Shown here: positions 1 through 13,232 of the stretch, piece by piece
Position numbering within the stretch: the first letter of the stretch is position 1
Layout of the letters: every line of letters starts with the position of its first letter
Source of the DNA: Camelus dromedarius
Taxonomy: Eukaryota
NCBI RefSeq assembly: GCF_036321535.1
Contig: NC_087472.1
Span: 90,894,001-90,958,000 of the forward strand
Reading direction: 5' to 3'
DNA length: 64,000 bases
The notes under the pieces: model-generated
Databases searched by the model: none
Seen by the model: the letters and a program-made list of their open reading frames with translations, nothing else
What the model was told of the DNA's origin: nothing
Position numbers and translations under genes: made by a program

Positions 1-84
1 TCTCTGGAGGAAAAGCCTTGAATTTGTAGTGTTTGCCAATTTCCAAGATATAGATACTCTGGTCACAGCCAATTCCAAGTTATC

Positions 85-640
85 AATGTGATATCAAGAG
101 ATATGAAAACATATGTCCACACAAAGACTTATACAAAAATGTTCATAATAGCCAAAAAGTAGAAACAATCCAAATATCTATCAACCAATAAATGGATAAA
201 AAAACTTGTGATATATCTAATCCAATAGAATAGAATAGATATATCCATACAATAGAATACTACTCAGCAATAAAAAGGAATGAACTTTTGGTACATGCAA
301 CGATATGGATGCATGTCAAAACAATCATACTGAACGAAAGAAACAGAGAAAAGCATATACTGTATGATGCCATTTACGTACAATTCTAGAAAGTGCAAAT
401 TATTTTAACAGAAAAGTGGTCAGAGGCTGCTTAGGGATGAGGAGGAGCCAGAGGGAGGGATTATAAAAGGGCAGGAGAAAACTTTTGGAAGCGATGGCTA
501 TGTTCAATCTTGACTGTGGCGAGTTTCATATATACATATGTCAAAATTCATCAAATAGTACACTTTAAATATATATAGTTTATTATATATCAATTATACC
601 ACAACAAAACTCATTTAAAAGAAAAACAAACAAAAAAAGG
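85..640 (+). mobile_element. Old LINE-1 3' end (L1M)
   Basis: GAATACTACTCAGCAATAAAAAGGAATGAA, L1M-type 3'UTR and A-rich end. Confidence 0.85.
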
Positions 641-644
641 CTAA

Positions 645-1108
645 TCGGTATCTCCTGTGCTCCTAGCCCACTTAAACTTCCCCTGTACTTCACCTGACTT
701 CCAAAGGCTAACAGCCACATCTTGGTCAGAAGCCTGCCTCAGGCTGCCAGCACCCACACTGTCCTATAAACTGGATGGAAGTGCCTAGAAGCTAACATTT
801 CCCCACCTCCTGCCCTTCTGCCTCCACTCCCGTGGGCAGCCTTTAATGACTGACAGGTGCAGGGGCATAAATGCCCAGCTCCCTTTCCTCTTGGCTGGGC
901 CCATTCTCAGGTAAATTGTTAATACTGGTGGGATTAAGTTTCAGTTGCTCCTGATGGTAGCTGGTCTAATAATAAACCCACTGCGGGCTGTCTTTCCTTC
1001 CCTATGTCACTTCTCCACTCCCCAACCCGTGTCCATGCACCCAAATAAACTACGTGTACTCCAATCCTTGTGCCAACGTCGGCTTCTAGGGGAGCCCAAT
1101 TCAGACAG
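645..1108 (+). mobile_element. ERVL solo LTR (LTR16-like)
   Basis: Resembles the LTR16 consensus (CCCAGCTCCCTTTCCTC, CCAAATAAACTAC...GGGAGCCCAATTCAGACA). Confidence 0.6.
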
Positions 1109-1689
1109 GGTCAAAGCCCTGGTGAAGATTTTCCCCAAGAAACTGGAAGAAGAGATTGATCTGAGTATCTGAGTTCTAAGGCACTGTCTCTCAGGTCCCT
1201 TTGCATTCAAGTACAGTTTCTAAAGCTAATACCTGGCACAAAGACATGGATGGGTAATAAAAAGCAAAGCATGAAAGGCAGGTCAGCATGATCCCACCCA
1301 CATTATTGGAAGACAATACTGGAAGAGATGGAGAAATTACAAGAAGAGGAACCATTGGTTTAAAAGACCAAGGTATTTGTGTAGATTGGATTTGGGAAAA
1401 AAATACTTGGCCTTCCAGTTCCTTCTCCCCTTACCAATATCTGCAGCTAACATTTGTTCTTATTAGGTACCTCATCTCAGCCAGAAACTGTTCCATGTGC
1501 TGGGAACATGGCATTGAAGAAGACAAATAACATCTTTACTTTCATAGAACACACATTCTTACAAGGGGAGACAGACAATAAACTTCATAAATAAACATAA
1601 AAATATCAGGGAGTAATCAATTATTCACAGAGAATTAAAATTGGGTGAGATGAGGGTGAGGACTGATGGTGTGGCTCCTTTAGATTTGA

Positions 1690-2410
1690 CAGTGTGGTAG
1701 ATTAGATAATTGTTCCACAAATATCTCCCTCTGTGGGAAGAGGACCTTCCCTCCCCACTGATGCTGGCCATGTGGACTGATTTGGACAGTGGGGAGAAGG
1801 GCAGTGTGTGAGTGCAGAGTTTGGGCCTTAGAGCCTTGAGAACTTTCGTTTGCTTATCCGGGAGGCAATGTGGACCCTAGACTGAGATGCAGAGTAGGAC
1901 TGCCCCAATCATCTCATGGGCCTGTGGATGTGAGATTAATCCTTGTTCTTTTAAGCCACTGAACTTTGAGGTTGTTTTTTTATGAAACATCATTATAGTA
2001 GCAGCTGACTGATCCCCATAGTCGACGAAGTATCTCTGAGGAGGTGATATTTAAGCTGAGATCTGAATGATAAGAAGACAGTCCCGTGATGATCATTCCA
2101 GGCAAAGAGACCTTCTAACACGCGTAAAAAGATGTGCAAAAGTGGGAACTGGCTTGGCATGTCCAGGGAACTGAAAGACAACCTGTGAGGCTGGACGAGG
2201 TGAGGGGCTGAGCGGGAGAGTGGTATGAAATGAGACTGAAGGGGAATCAAGCAAAGGCCAGCATGTAGAGGCTTCTGCAAACTTGAATAAGGAGTCTGCT
2301 TTTCATTCTAAGTACAGCAGAAAAGCCCTGGAGAATGTAAGCAATGTAGTAACACAATCCCATTGATCTTTAAAAGATCACTCTGGCTGCTATGTAGAGA
2401 ATAGGTTAAA
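1690..2410. mobile_element. MLT1 (MaLR) LTR nested in L2 fragment
   Basis: MLT1-type end (TTTTAAGCCACTGAACTTTGAGGTTG...GCAGCTGACTGAT), flanked by antisense L2 motifs (AAAAGATCACTCTGGCTGCT). Confidence 0.6.
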
Positions 2411-2564
2411 TGAGGGACACACATACTCTTCTGCTAACCCAGGATGCAGACTCAGAATCTTTCTCAACCCAGAGTTCCTGAACTACTTAACAGAGTTAAC
2501 ATCTAGATGACAACTTCAATTTAGGTGGCGATAGACACCTAGTTAAAATCCACACAAAGTAAGC

Positions 2565-3040
2565 TTAGGTACTATTTCATTCATATGTAACAAACCACCC
2601 CAAAACCCAATGACATAAAGCAGCAATCACTCACGTGTTCACAATTCTGCAATTTGGGCAGGGCTTGATGGGGACGGCTCATCTCTGTTTCGTGTGGAAT
2701 CAGCTGAGGAGGATCCACTGAGGACTGGAAGATCTGTTTCCAAGACAGCCTCATTCACGTAGCTCGCAACTCGAGGCTAGTTGTTTTCTTCCGTGTACGA
2801 CTCTCCACGTGGCTGCTTGGACTTCCTCACAGCTTGGTGGCTGGGTTCTAAGAGCAAGCATTCCAAGAGAACAAGCCCCAGTGTGCAAGTGATTATCAAG
2901 CCTCCGCTTGCATCATACTTGCTAATTCCCTATTCGCCAAAGCTAGTCACATGGCCTAGCCCAGCCTCAAAGTGGGAGGGGACTACACAGGACATGAATA
3001 CTGGGAGGTATAACCTGTTGGGGGTTAACGATGTAACAAA
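2565..3040 (-). mobile_element. MLT1 (MaLR) LTR
   Basis: GTAACAAACCACCCCAAAAC...CACAATTCTGCAATTTGGGCAGGGC...GGGACTACACAGGACATGAATACTGGGAGG. Confidence 0.7.
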
Positions 3041-4039
3041 ACAAAAGCCAGACCAAACCAAACTTGAAGTGAACTTTTTAAAGAAACCACTGATTTTAAA
3101 AGACTTGCTTCAATACCCAAGGGAAAGAAGGTCTGTGTACTCACAACAGGTTCATTTCTCAAACTTAGTTTTAAATAACTACATAGGCTTCTTTTTAGTA
3201 CCTATGACATCCACTTTTTAGAAATGCACTTCATTCATAGTTACATAAAATGTAAAATACTTAACATGATATACATGAATAACATGTCGTAACAGTGACT
3301 GTTTATTTTCAAAAAATTAGGAAGCACATGGAACCCAAAAAAAAAAAAGGAAAAAAGACAATCCTTAACAGCATTCCAAGGCAGAATATCACATAATGCT
3401 CGGATTTTTCCTTCTTTCCTCGTGCATATTTCACAGTTTAGTCAGTGTAGACTAGATACCAACCCAATGCCACTTCAAGCTTGTAATGTGATACTCTGTG
3501 GCATTAAAAGGGGACATATTTGTCACTCTTCCTTCCCCTCTGTCCTCTTTCCGCACATCTGCCTCTGCAGTCCCCACAGCCTTGCCCGGGTCTGATGCAG
3601 CTCCGTTCACCTGCCAGAACCATGCTGACACACTGAAGATGAATAGCAGGTAGTCATGCCATTTTCAGCACCTGAATGACCAGGGGTTTGGCTTTAATCT
3701 TTCAGGGCCTCGTGTATTTCTATTGACTCTAAGTAGACAAAGAGGGAGATTTTCCGTAATTGTGCCCTGCCACTATTGTGACCACGAGCTGTTAACAGGA
3801 GATAAGCTAAGCAAAGGCTGGCCAACCCCACGCGGTGATACACACCCCACTGTAGCTCTTACACCGTCCCTGGGAAAAGGCAAAGTTGGGACAGTTAGGA
3901 TTGATTTCCTCTGAATCAACTGACCGCAGAAGAAGACATAGTTCTTCAATATTCCCTGAGGAAACTGAGTAAGAATACCTGGTGAAAGCATAAGTTAGAT
4001 CAGGGGGCCTGTAAGTCTGACACCTTGAATTAATTTTGC

Positions 4040-4700
4040 TATTTTTTTAATCAAAGCATAACTTACATACTATAAAAGCACAGATTTTACATATACAACC
4101 TGATGAGCTTTGACACCATTGTAACTACCATCCCAAGCAAGTTATGAATATTTCCATCATCCTAGAAATTTCCCTTCATCCCTTTCTAGTCAAAACCCTT
4201 GCCAGAGGCAACTGCTTTCTGACTTTTCCGGCCATAGCTTAATCTGGCCAGTTATTGAACTTCATCTAAGTGGAAATATACAGTATTTTGTGTGCGTATT
4301 AGGCGTCTTTCACTCAACGCAGTATCTTTGAGATTCATACATGTTGTTGAGAATATCAGTGACTCAGTCCTTTTTTATTGTTGAGTATTAATTATATGAA
4401 TATACAATTTATTTATCCATTTATCTGTTGACGGGCATTCGGGTTATTTCCAGTGTGGCTACTATGAATGAAGGTGCCCCGACCATTCTTTTATAGTTCT
4501 TTTGGTGTATACATGTTCTATATCACCTGCCACGTTAGGAATAGAATTTCTGGGTCATAGGATAGGTCCACAATTTAATTTTATAAGAAATCACCATACT
4601 GTTTTCCGAAGTGGTTATACCATTTTATATCTTCATTCCACGTTCACTAAAACTTGCCACTGTCTTTTAGCCAGTCTAAAGGTACAATGGCATCTCATTG
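4040..4700 (-). mobile_element. Old LINE-1 3' fragment (L1M)
   Basis: Antisense L1 motifs (TTTATCCATTTATCTGTTGACGGGCATT, CCATACTGTTTTCCGAAGTGGTTATACCATTTTA). Confidence 0.8.
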
Positions 4701-5969
4701 ATGATAAACTGAATGAGTACTTTCAAAATTGAAGGAGCCTGGAAGTTGGAATTGAAGTATAACGTCAGCCCAGACCCTTCCCATTCAACTTGGATGTGGG
4801 TCCAGATCTGCAGCCACAACTCAACTGCTGCTCACTCTGGGTCAGCATGGACTTGACAATCCATAAACAAAGGGCTTGATGGAAAGTTCACATCGTACCA
4901 TATTCAGTAGAACTGAGACACCTTCCATCTTTAACTCACTCTTCTCCCCCCAAATCTTGATGCCAATATTCAATCAAATATATGACCCATATCTGATAAA
5001 TACCCAGAGAGAACCAGACTGAAATCTCTATTTCAGAATATTACCTATAACACCAAAAAACATTCAGATTCACAGCTGAAATTAAACCCATGGGTTTATT
5101 ACCACAGGAAAGGCTAAAGGCTAAGTTGGAAAGCCCAGAAGACTATGATCCTTAAACTACAGTCATTCACCTCATAACTTCAACCAAGTTTCTATCCCAG
5201 CCAGGGTTCTTGAGTCCTCAGCTATAAAATAGTTGTGTCAAACCCGAGAATCAGAGGTATTTGATTACAACTGATTAAGTGTGAAAAAAATCCGAACTTC
5301 CTTGGAAAAGATTTCCTACAAAATACAAGATTAAAAATAAAACTTACAACTATGCTTTAATTTACATTTAAAGAAAAGGGAAAAAATCAAAGGCGAAAGC
5401 CTACTGTTTTGTTCTTTTCAGTTTGTTTCCTAGTTTGTCCTTTTTGTCCTCTTACTTCTGGATACCACAGCTAATCATAAATAATGCCCATTGACTAACC
5501 TTCTTTACTTCGCCCACGGGGTGACACAGAACAACTGTTTAGGGTAACACCTCCTTTGCAGTCTATACCCTCAAGCTTCCTGGAGTTAAATAATAAATAA
5601 TCGAAAAGAGATAGCATGAAAGAAACGAAGAGGTGGAGAAAGAGGAGCAGTGCTCTTTCTACAGCTGAAATTTGACAAGCTTAATAACCAGAGCCGCTGC
5701 GTGCAGCACGCTGGGAAGAGAGGAGCCTCACTTTGGGGATGTAGCTGTCCTAGCACATCATGAAAGCCTTCCTCAGCTGAGCAGGTGATGCTAAGGAGCA
5801 CAGCCCACCCACCGAATGGGCCTCCCTGCGCACACTTGCACAGTCACGATCTACCAGCCACCTAGCCCCAGAATTCACTATACGTCCACGCTACAAACTG
5901 TGAAAGATACGGGCACGATGGCTATGTGCCAGTGACCTCTGTGCTCGAGAACGTAGGAAATATAACTAG

Positions 5970-6462
5970 GGAAACCACTCGCAGTGTTCTGCCAATACTT
6001 GCAGCCTCCCCTTCCCAGGCACATGGAGAGGTGGCCTTTCTCTGTCCTCTTTGAAGTCAGAGCATGAAATTTCCTTTGGCCAATGAAATGTAAGCAGAGG
6101 TGGCATACGTCCTTTCTCGGTGGAAGCTTTAAGAGCCAATGTGCAATTTGCCATGTTTCCGTCCCACTGCTCCGGTGATCATGGAAGTATATGTTGAGAT
6201 GAGGCCTCTGTCAGTTTGGATCCCTGCGTGGCAATAATGAACAGGGCCTTTTATCGATGCACAATAGACATCTACTATAAGCAAGACCCTGTGCTTTTGT
6301 GACCCCGAGAGTAGGTGCCTCCTTCAATTTTGTGCCCCAGGCACTCACTGGCCTCACTGGCCCTGAGCAAGAAGTAAGTTCTTACTGCGTTCAGACACTG
6401 AGATTCGAGGGAGGGAGGGATTTGTTATGGAAGCACTCTGTAGCCCATTCTGACTGATAAGA
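5970..6462 (+). mobile_element. MLT1 LTR with nested MER91-like hAT fragment (~6305-6365)
   Basis: TTTGGCCAATGAAATGTAAGCAGAGGTG...CATTCTGACTGATA, interrupted by GGTGCCTCCTTCAATTTTGTGCCCCAGGC. Confidence 0.65.
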
Positions 6463-7559
6463 CACCCCAGCACTGGACTGGAAAGAGGAACATAGACAAG
6501 ACTCCAGCACTGGGCCTGAGCTTTCCGTGACCTGGAGATTCCACCCCTGAAATCACGTCTGTTTTAATTAGTAAGGAAGCCATGACATTTAGGAAAATAA
6601 AAGCACATTAAATAATTAAATTAAGTGAACTTACAGATATTCCTGTATGTGACAGGCATGGCCAGAAGGGGAAAAAATGAGCAGGTTAGCAATACAATTA
6701 TCTCAGGGTAGGGCGATTGTACATAAATAGAAAGTAAGAAGGTAAACAGGCTGGTCAAGATTCAGGTCAGGTGAAATGCCTACTCTGCTTCTCTCAGAGC
6801 CCATTCAAAGCAGTAAAATTGCATTTCTAACATACATACACATCTGCCACAAATTACCTGCTGGGGTCCAATCGAGCGCTCCATGTACACAGGGGTGGAT
6901 ATAAGCAGTTCCGTCAACACAGCACAGAAAGCCTGAAATATTCTTTATTACAGCGCTTTAGATACCTGCCTTAAAGTACTCCATTTGTCTTCACAATAAC
7001 CAACTAGTTAAGTACCATGCAGTACAAAGTTGGATTCTTTGGAATCACAGAACCGTGATGAGCTCTCAGACCTTTTCTAGAACATCAAAGAAACTTCCCC
7101 TTGCTGCAAACCTTCAGACATCTCATATAATTAGGACGACTGGCATATCGTGCAGCCTTATACTGGGAGATGGCCAGGTGTGTGGGGAGTAGGCCTAATA
7201 AAGCCAGGACTGAGCTGAAACCCCACCCCGGTGGGTCAGTCAGTGTCCCACAGAGAAAATCCTTCACAGCCACAAACTACACCCACAATCGTGATCTCAA
7301 GACAAATTCTGTCAAATTAACCACCAGAGGAGCCTGGATAAGCATGTCCATAGCTCTCCACCACCCGCAACTAATGGAAAAATGAGGCCTAACACTCGTC
7401 TTCCTGGCTACATCGTCTCTCCAGGGTTCTGCCTACTATCACACCATCTTTCAGACGTGCTCTTCCCCAAACTATCACTACAACAGAATAAATACTCAGC
7501 AAACAGCTTCATTTTGGCATAGGTTCTGGATACTTTTTAAAAAAAAAAAACAACTATGA

Positions 7560-9000
7560 TGGTAACTGAGCCATTTCCCCTAAACTCTGAACCCAGGAAT
7601 CCCAGTCCTACATGGCCCCCTGATGTCCAGGAACTCACAGGGCTCAATTAACACCCAGGCCATCGCCTTCCTCCCCCACCTATTTGGCCTTCTGTATGGC
7701 CTGCCTTGAGAATGCTGAATCAAAGCCTGAAATCAGGGAGTCCTAGGTTCCTCTCTTTCCCTCATTACCAACATCCATCTTCAAATGCCGTTGCTTTTCC
7801 AGCTCCATGACATCTGTACCCCATCCTTCCTCTCCATTTCCCTTGCCGCTGCCCCACTCCACGCCTCATCTTCTCCCCCCGGATCATTACAGAAGTCTCC
7901 TGGCTGTTTGTTCTCTTTCTCTGCAGTCTCATGCCCGCACCACTAACCTACCTCTCACCCATGCCAGAGTGATGTGTCTGAGACAAAAGTCTGATTTTGA
8001 CAGTCCTTTGTTTTGAAAAGTCCCAAGTGCACCATTGGGTAGAGAATAAATCCCAGAGCCTGGCTCCTGGATTTCCAGTTCTCTCTCAAAATACCTGTAG
8101 CTCCCCTTTGCATTCACGCATCATCCATCACAAACTGCTTGTAGTTGTCTGCACCTGTCGCATACTTTCACAACCCCATGCTGTTCCTCCTGCGGGGTTC
8201 CTAACTGGAAAGCCCTTCCCTTCAATTTCTGCTTGGGGAATTTCTCCTCATCAGCTCAAATGTCACCTCACTAAGGACATTACTGAGCTTCCTTCATCCT
8301 TCTCCTTCCTTTGTGAACCCACTGTACCGGTAAGACTTTCTGATCCATGTTTCAGTTATCTTTTGCTGCAAATCAACCCCCTCCTCCTGCAAAACATAGT
8401 AGATTAAAACCACCACCATTTCATGACTGGTCATAATTCTGTGTGTGAACTGGTTCAACTCAGTGATTACTCTGCTCTTTATGATGTCAGCTGGGGCTGC
8501 AATCATCTGGAATATCTAAAATGGCTCACTCACATGGCTTGCAGTTGGTGTCAGCTGTTGTCTGGAAACTCAGCCTCTTTCCCTCTCCTTCATGTGTTTT
8601 GATCTTCTCATAGCAAGTTGGCTAAATTCAGAGGCAAGACAGTGTCCCAAGAACAAAACTTCTAAATGAAAGGAAGAAAAATCTTCCATCCTCTCGGAAG
8701 TCTCAGAATACCTCTTCCACCACATTCTACTGGTCAAGGCAGTCACTGTGTGGGAAAAAATAAATGCCAACTCTTTAAATGAGGAGCAGCATGCTCAAAT
8801 GAGGGGAGGAATTGTCCAGGCCATCTTTGGACACTAGCTACCACATACTGCTGGTACGTATTCAGTCCATTCCTAAAATTCTAAATGCCTCTTGAGGATA
8901 AGCACTGTGTTTCAAACATCTCTTTACCCACAGCTCTTAGCATAGATCCTAAAACATAATACTTAGATGACTCATACATGTTTGCTGACTCTATCAATCC
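7560..9000. mobile_element. Degenerate L2 interrupted by an MLT1 LTR (~8347-8846)
   Basis: L2-type pyrimidine-rich motifs (CAGCTCAAATGTCACCTC) and MLT1 motifs (AAATGGCTCACTCACATGGCTTGCAGTTGG, CTACCACA end). Confidence 0.55.
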
Positions 9001-9423
9001 AATTAAATCAGATTAAATCAGCCCATCGTTTCTGAGTTCCTATTCTGTGCTCTTCTATCTTCTGTGCTGTGGAGTTGAAGAAAAGGTGTTTGTCCTCCAG
9101 AAGGTTATGAGTAGGAGATAACATTGCACCAAAGGGACACAACAGAAAAGGAGATGATTAATAGTTCAGGAGAGTTACAGGCAAATCATCACTGGACAGT
9201 CCATGATTGATTGCCATCCTAATTGTGTGGACACTAATCCCTATAGATCTTTAAGGAGGCGATGTTCACTTCAGACGGAAGTGGTTTTAGGTAGGAGATA
9301 GGGTTGGATCTGAGTCTGAATGTCAAGCTAGGATTGGCATGGGAAAAAAATATGCCCCTTGTGGAATACTAGAAGCAATTATATGCAAATGGGACCACAC
9401 AAGTTGCATTACTTAGTATGCTT

Positions 9424-9451
9424 ACACACACACACACACACACACACACAC
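9424..9451. repeat. (AC)14 microsatellite
   Basis: Direct reading. Confidence 0.97.
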
Positions 9452-9589
9452 GCCCAATTGTAAATTTGTTTTTCAAAAGTATCCTTGTTATAAACACACT
9501 CTAATAAGTAAGTAAATAATAGTGGTCAAAAATGTGAGTTCTAAATAATTTTTTAAAAATAACTTAGAGTAATGGATCAAACGTGCATG

Positions 9590-9942
9590 GCATAGATTAT
9601 ATTTCTCACTAAATATCACATGCTTTCCCAGCCTCTTTAGAAGTTGGTTTGGGCTGAAGTGCATATGACTTCTGGTCCAAGGTAATAAAGAGCTAGTGGG
9701 AGGTCTCCATGCATCCTCTTTCCCTTCTGTACAGTTGAAAGTGAACAGTTCTCAGATGGTAGAACTGCAGGATGGAATGTCGACTGCATCTGTAAGTTAA
9801 TCTTTGTTAGAGAGCCATGAAAGAGAGCCACTTCACCTGCCTTAGACTGTGATGTGAGCAAGAAATAAATATTGTCTTCTGCCATACAGAATTTTAGGTT
9901 TTATTTGTTACTGCAGCATAGCTTACCCTATTCTGACTATTA
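9590..9942 (+). mobile_element. MLT1 LTR
   Basis: TGTGAGCAAGAAATAAATATTG...TTTGTTACTGCAGCATAGCTTACCCTATTCTGACTA end. Confidence 0.7.
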
Positions 9943-10799
9943 AACCTAGTGTTCTCCAGAAAGGAACTGAATATCACATAATAAAAACTAGTCCTCTTCT
10001 ATTGAGAAAAGACAACAAGCAAAGAAAGCTTTTAAAATCTACTTTTGGCTACCTACAATTGAGAGTTATATCTTCCTGCCTAACAGCAAATGATTAAGAG
10101 GTGTCTAATTAAATAGTCATCATCTACACTCCCTTGTGTACATTGATTGAACTCACTTATGCAGTGCTGTGCAGAACTCTCTGCAGTAGCTCTAATCACC
10201 AGCAGTAGGTGAGCAAAGGACAAAGGTTATTTGAAATAAGCAGATAATCCTCAAACCATATTTATGAAGTCAACATCTTTCCCTAACCAGACTTTTTAAC
10301 ATGGATACTTACCAGTAGAAAATGACACTCCCTGCTTCCTATTCTTTGCTCCTCACCTAATTAGATGAGAAATAACCAAAAGGCCTATTACCTAAGAAAA
10401 GAAAGGAGCCAGAGGCCAGAGAAATCCACAAGCTAGAAAACTACAGCCTGAATCTTGGGTGGCAGCTCCACTCGGGCCATTATTTTACTGCCTGAGACTG
10501 TCTTAGATGAGGCACTTTATTTCTTCTATCAGCTCCATTTATTCTCTGGCTTGAAGGAATGTCCAGCTGCACACTGGTTTCTGGGTCCTCATGAATTTCT
10601 TAGGCTGCGCATTAAACTTGAGACAAAGAAAACTTGTTCTTTGGAGTAAATTCGTCTTAAGTGAATAGTGTTTGCAGAAGGCCCATTCTGAGAATGGTCC
10701 TACTTCACTAAGGGAGCAAAATCTATAAAAGGGAAATAGATTCGCCTCTTAATTATCTGCCCTGCAGAGAGGGAGCCAAGAGAATAAAAATCCCAGTCT

Positions 10800-11042
10800 C
10801 AGGAGTGGAGGGATAAATTAGGACTTCAGGATTTGCAGATACTAACTACTATGTGTAAAGTAGATAACAAGGCTCTACTGCATAGCACAGGGAACTATAT
10901 TAGATACCTTGCAACAGCCTATAATGAAAAATAATATGAAAAGGAATATATTTGTCTAACTGAATAACTATGCTGTACACCAGAAATTAACATAACATTG
11001 TAAACTGAGTATTCTTCAATTTTAAAAAATTATAAAATAAAT
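10800..11042 (+). mobile_element. Short L1 3'UTR insertion (cetartiodactyl type)
   Basis: GCATAGCACAGGGAACTATATT...ATGCTGTACACCAGAAATTAACA; homologous to 19300-19540. Confidence 0.88.
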
Positions 11043-11225
11043 CCCAATCTCACTCTCCTCTTGCCCTCCATCTCCTGCCAGTGCCTCCCATTGGCTGAAC
11101 CCACCCAGAAGCCAGAGGGCAGAGGCGCCCATGGGTGCAGTCCATACAGGCCAGCCTCCCAGGGCTCAGAGTAAGATGGAGAAGGATAAAAACCAGTCCT
11201 AGAGAGGCTAATGGAGAATATCCAG
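11043..11225 (-). mobile_element. ERVL LTR fragment (LTR33-like)
   Basis: CTGCCAGTGCCTCCCATTGGCTGAACCCACCCAGAAGCCAGAGGGCA motif. Confidence 0.6.
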
Positions 11226-12184
11226 CACATTGACTAAAAAACTGAAAGGTTAAATTTCCTTTGCCCCTCAAAACAGTGATTCTCCTTTTTTCCTCCAAAT
11301 CAGAACAGTGAGGAAGTGGAGAGTGCAAGGACCTTTCTCTTCTTCAGACTATAACGGATGTGGGTGTTGGACAGGTCTCATCAGTACCAAACCAAATAGG
11401 CACCACCACACAACTTTCTTATGGCCTTTGTGCTAAAAAAGATGCCCTTTAGTGGAGCCAACCAGAATGCATAAGAACTTCCCTATCTCTGATCACCAGC
11501 CAGAAAAAGCTTCCTTGGAAGGTGAAGCCCATGGTCCAGTCCTGAATACTTCACACCCTCAGTATCTGTGCGTCCCAACAACCCTTTCAAGAGTATGACT
11601 CGGGTAGCACAAAAGTGCTGATGAAGGAATCCTTTCTCCTGGCTCTAAAAGCTCACGTTTCTACTTCGTTTCAGTGTTAATTCTACCCAGATCATGCATC
11701 TCACACTGTCGGATTCCCATGTAAGTCAGGTCAATCCTCCACTCCTCAGATCTCTGCTGATTCCTTTCCCTGCCTGGAAGCTCTCACCAGTCCCCTGGTT
11801 TTCAGCTGCTTCTGGTTCTCCACGGGTCTCTACTGGCCATGCCTGCTTCCCTGCCCTCCCTAGCAAGCACTGAGCTAGCCTCAGCCCACAGTGGTATAGT
11901 GTTCTGCCAGTAAGACCCCTCCTATGACATACTCTCTAAATGCCTCCTTCCTTCGCTGATTTGTCCTGGTTCCCTGCTTCCCCACAATACCCTTTGCCTC
12001 CTTCTCCTCAGAGATGCTATCCTTTCAGTCTACATCCCAGTCAGGAATTCTGTGCCTTTAGATCCCAAATGCTTTTCTGGAATCACATATCTGGTGAGCA
12101 GCCCATAAAAGTGCTTAATGTACTAAGCTAACTACTGTGAGCTTTGATTGTGTTCTTAGTGGGGTAGGGATGAGAAAGAGAAAT

Positions 12185-12500
12185 GTTAGAGGATAATTTT
12201 TTAAAATAAAGTAAATCATGGCTCTCATGTAAATATAAAATAAATATATGTCAAAGATTTTACTTAACTCATTAATGAGGAAACCAGTAAGATGTTACAG
12301 ATGGTTCAAAGGAGCCATACATATACATAGGCAGGCAATAAGTAATGTTGAGATGAACGTACAAATAGATGCAAAATTAGTTCAAAATAAGTTGCATCCC
12401 ACCAGATACAATTCATTTGCATTTCTGTGGACAAGAATAATTTGCATTATTATTAGTTTTCTACAAGTTAGAGTTATAAAATAGCTCAAAATCAGTGAAA
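12185..12500. mobile_element. DNA transposon relic (Looper/piggyBac-like)
   Basis: TGTCAAAGATTTTACTTAACTCATTAATGAGGAAACCAGTAAGATGTTACA resembles the Looper 5' consensus as recalled. Confidence 0.5.
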
Positions 12501-12726
12501 GGTGGAGATAACCACGAAGGGTACTCTAAAAAGGACACCCAATAAGCGTCTTCTTTGTCAATTTTAAATTCTTTAACGATCTTTCTTGATAGGAGGAAAG
12601 CCTTTCCCCTTTCCCATAGGAACTCACATCTAATACAACTATCAGAAGTGCTGTCTGTGAGGTGGGAAAAGGCATTTCTGCTTATGGAGACCAAGATGTG
12701 TCTCCTTAACTCCAAACCTCAATAAG

Positions 12727-13094
12727 TGCTATAGAATGAATGTCTGTATCCCCCACTCAAAACTTGTATGTAGAAATTTTAACCCCAAATGTAACAGTCT
12801 TAAGTGGTGGGGTCCTTGAGAGGTGACTGCATCATGAGAATGCAGCCCTTGCAAATGGGATTAGTACCCTTATAAAACAGACTCTGGAGAGCTCCCTCAC
12901 CCCTTCGACCATCTGAGGACACAGCAAGAAGATGGCCATGTGTGATGCAGAAGAGAGTTCTCACCAGAACCCGACAATGCTGGCATCCTAAACTTGGACT
13001 TCCAGCCTCCAGAACTGTAAGAAATAAATTTCTGTTGTTTATAAGCCACCCAGTCTATGGTACTTTGTTACAGCAGGTTGAATAGACTAAGACA
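12727..13094 (+). mobile_element. MLT1A-type MaLR solo LTR
   Basis: TGCTATAG...GACTAAGACA termini and TTGGACTTCCAGCCTCCAGAACTGTAAGAAATAAATTTCTGTTG. Confidence 0.88.
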
Positions 13095-13232
13095 ACAAAG
13101 GATGGCAGCTTCTTCCCTTTTAGAGCATTGTTATTAAGAATGTGGTCTAGCATTACCTGAAAGCTTATTTAGAAATTCAGATTTTGGCTCCAGTCTAAAT
13201 CAGAATCTATATTTTAAAAGGTCTGAGACCTC

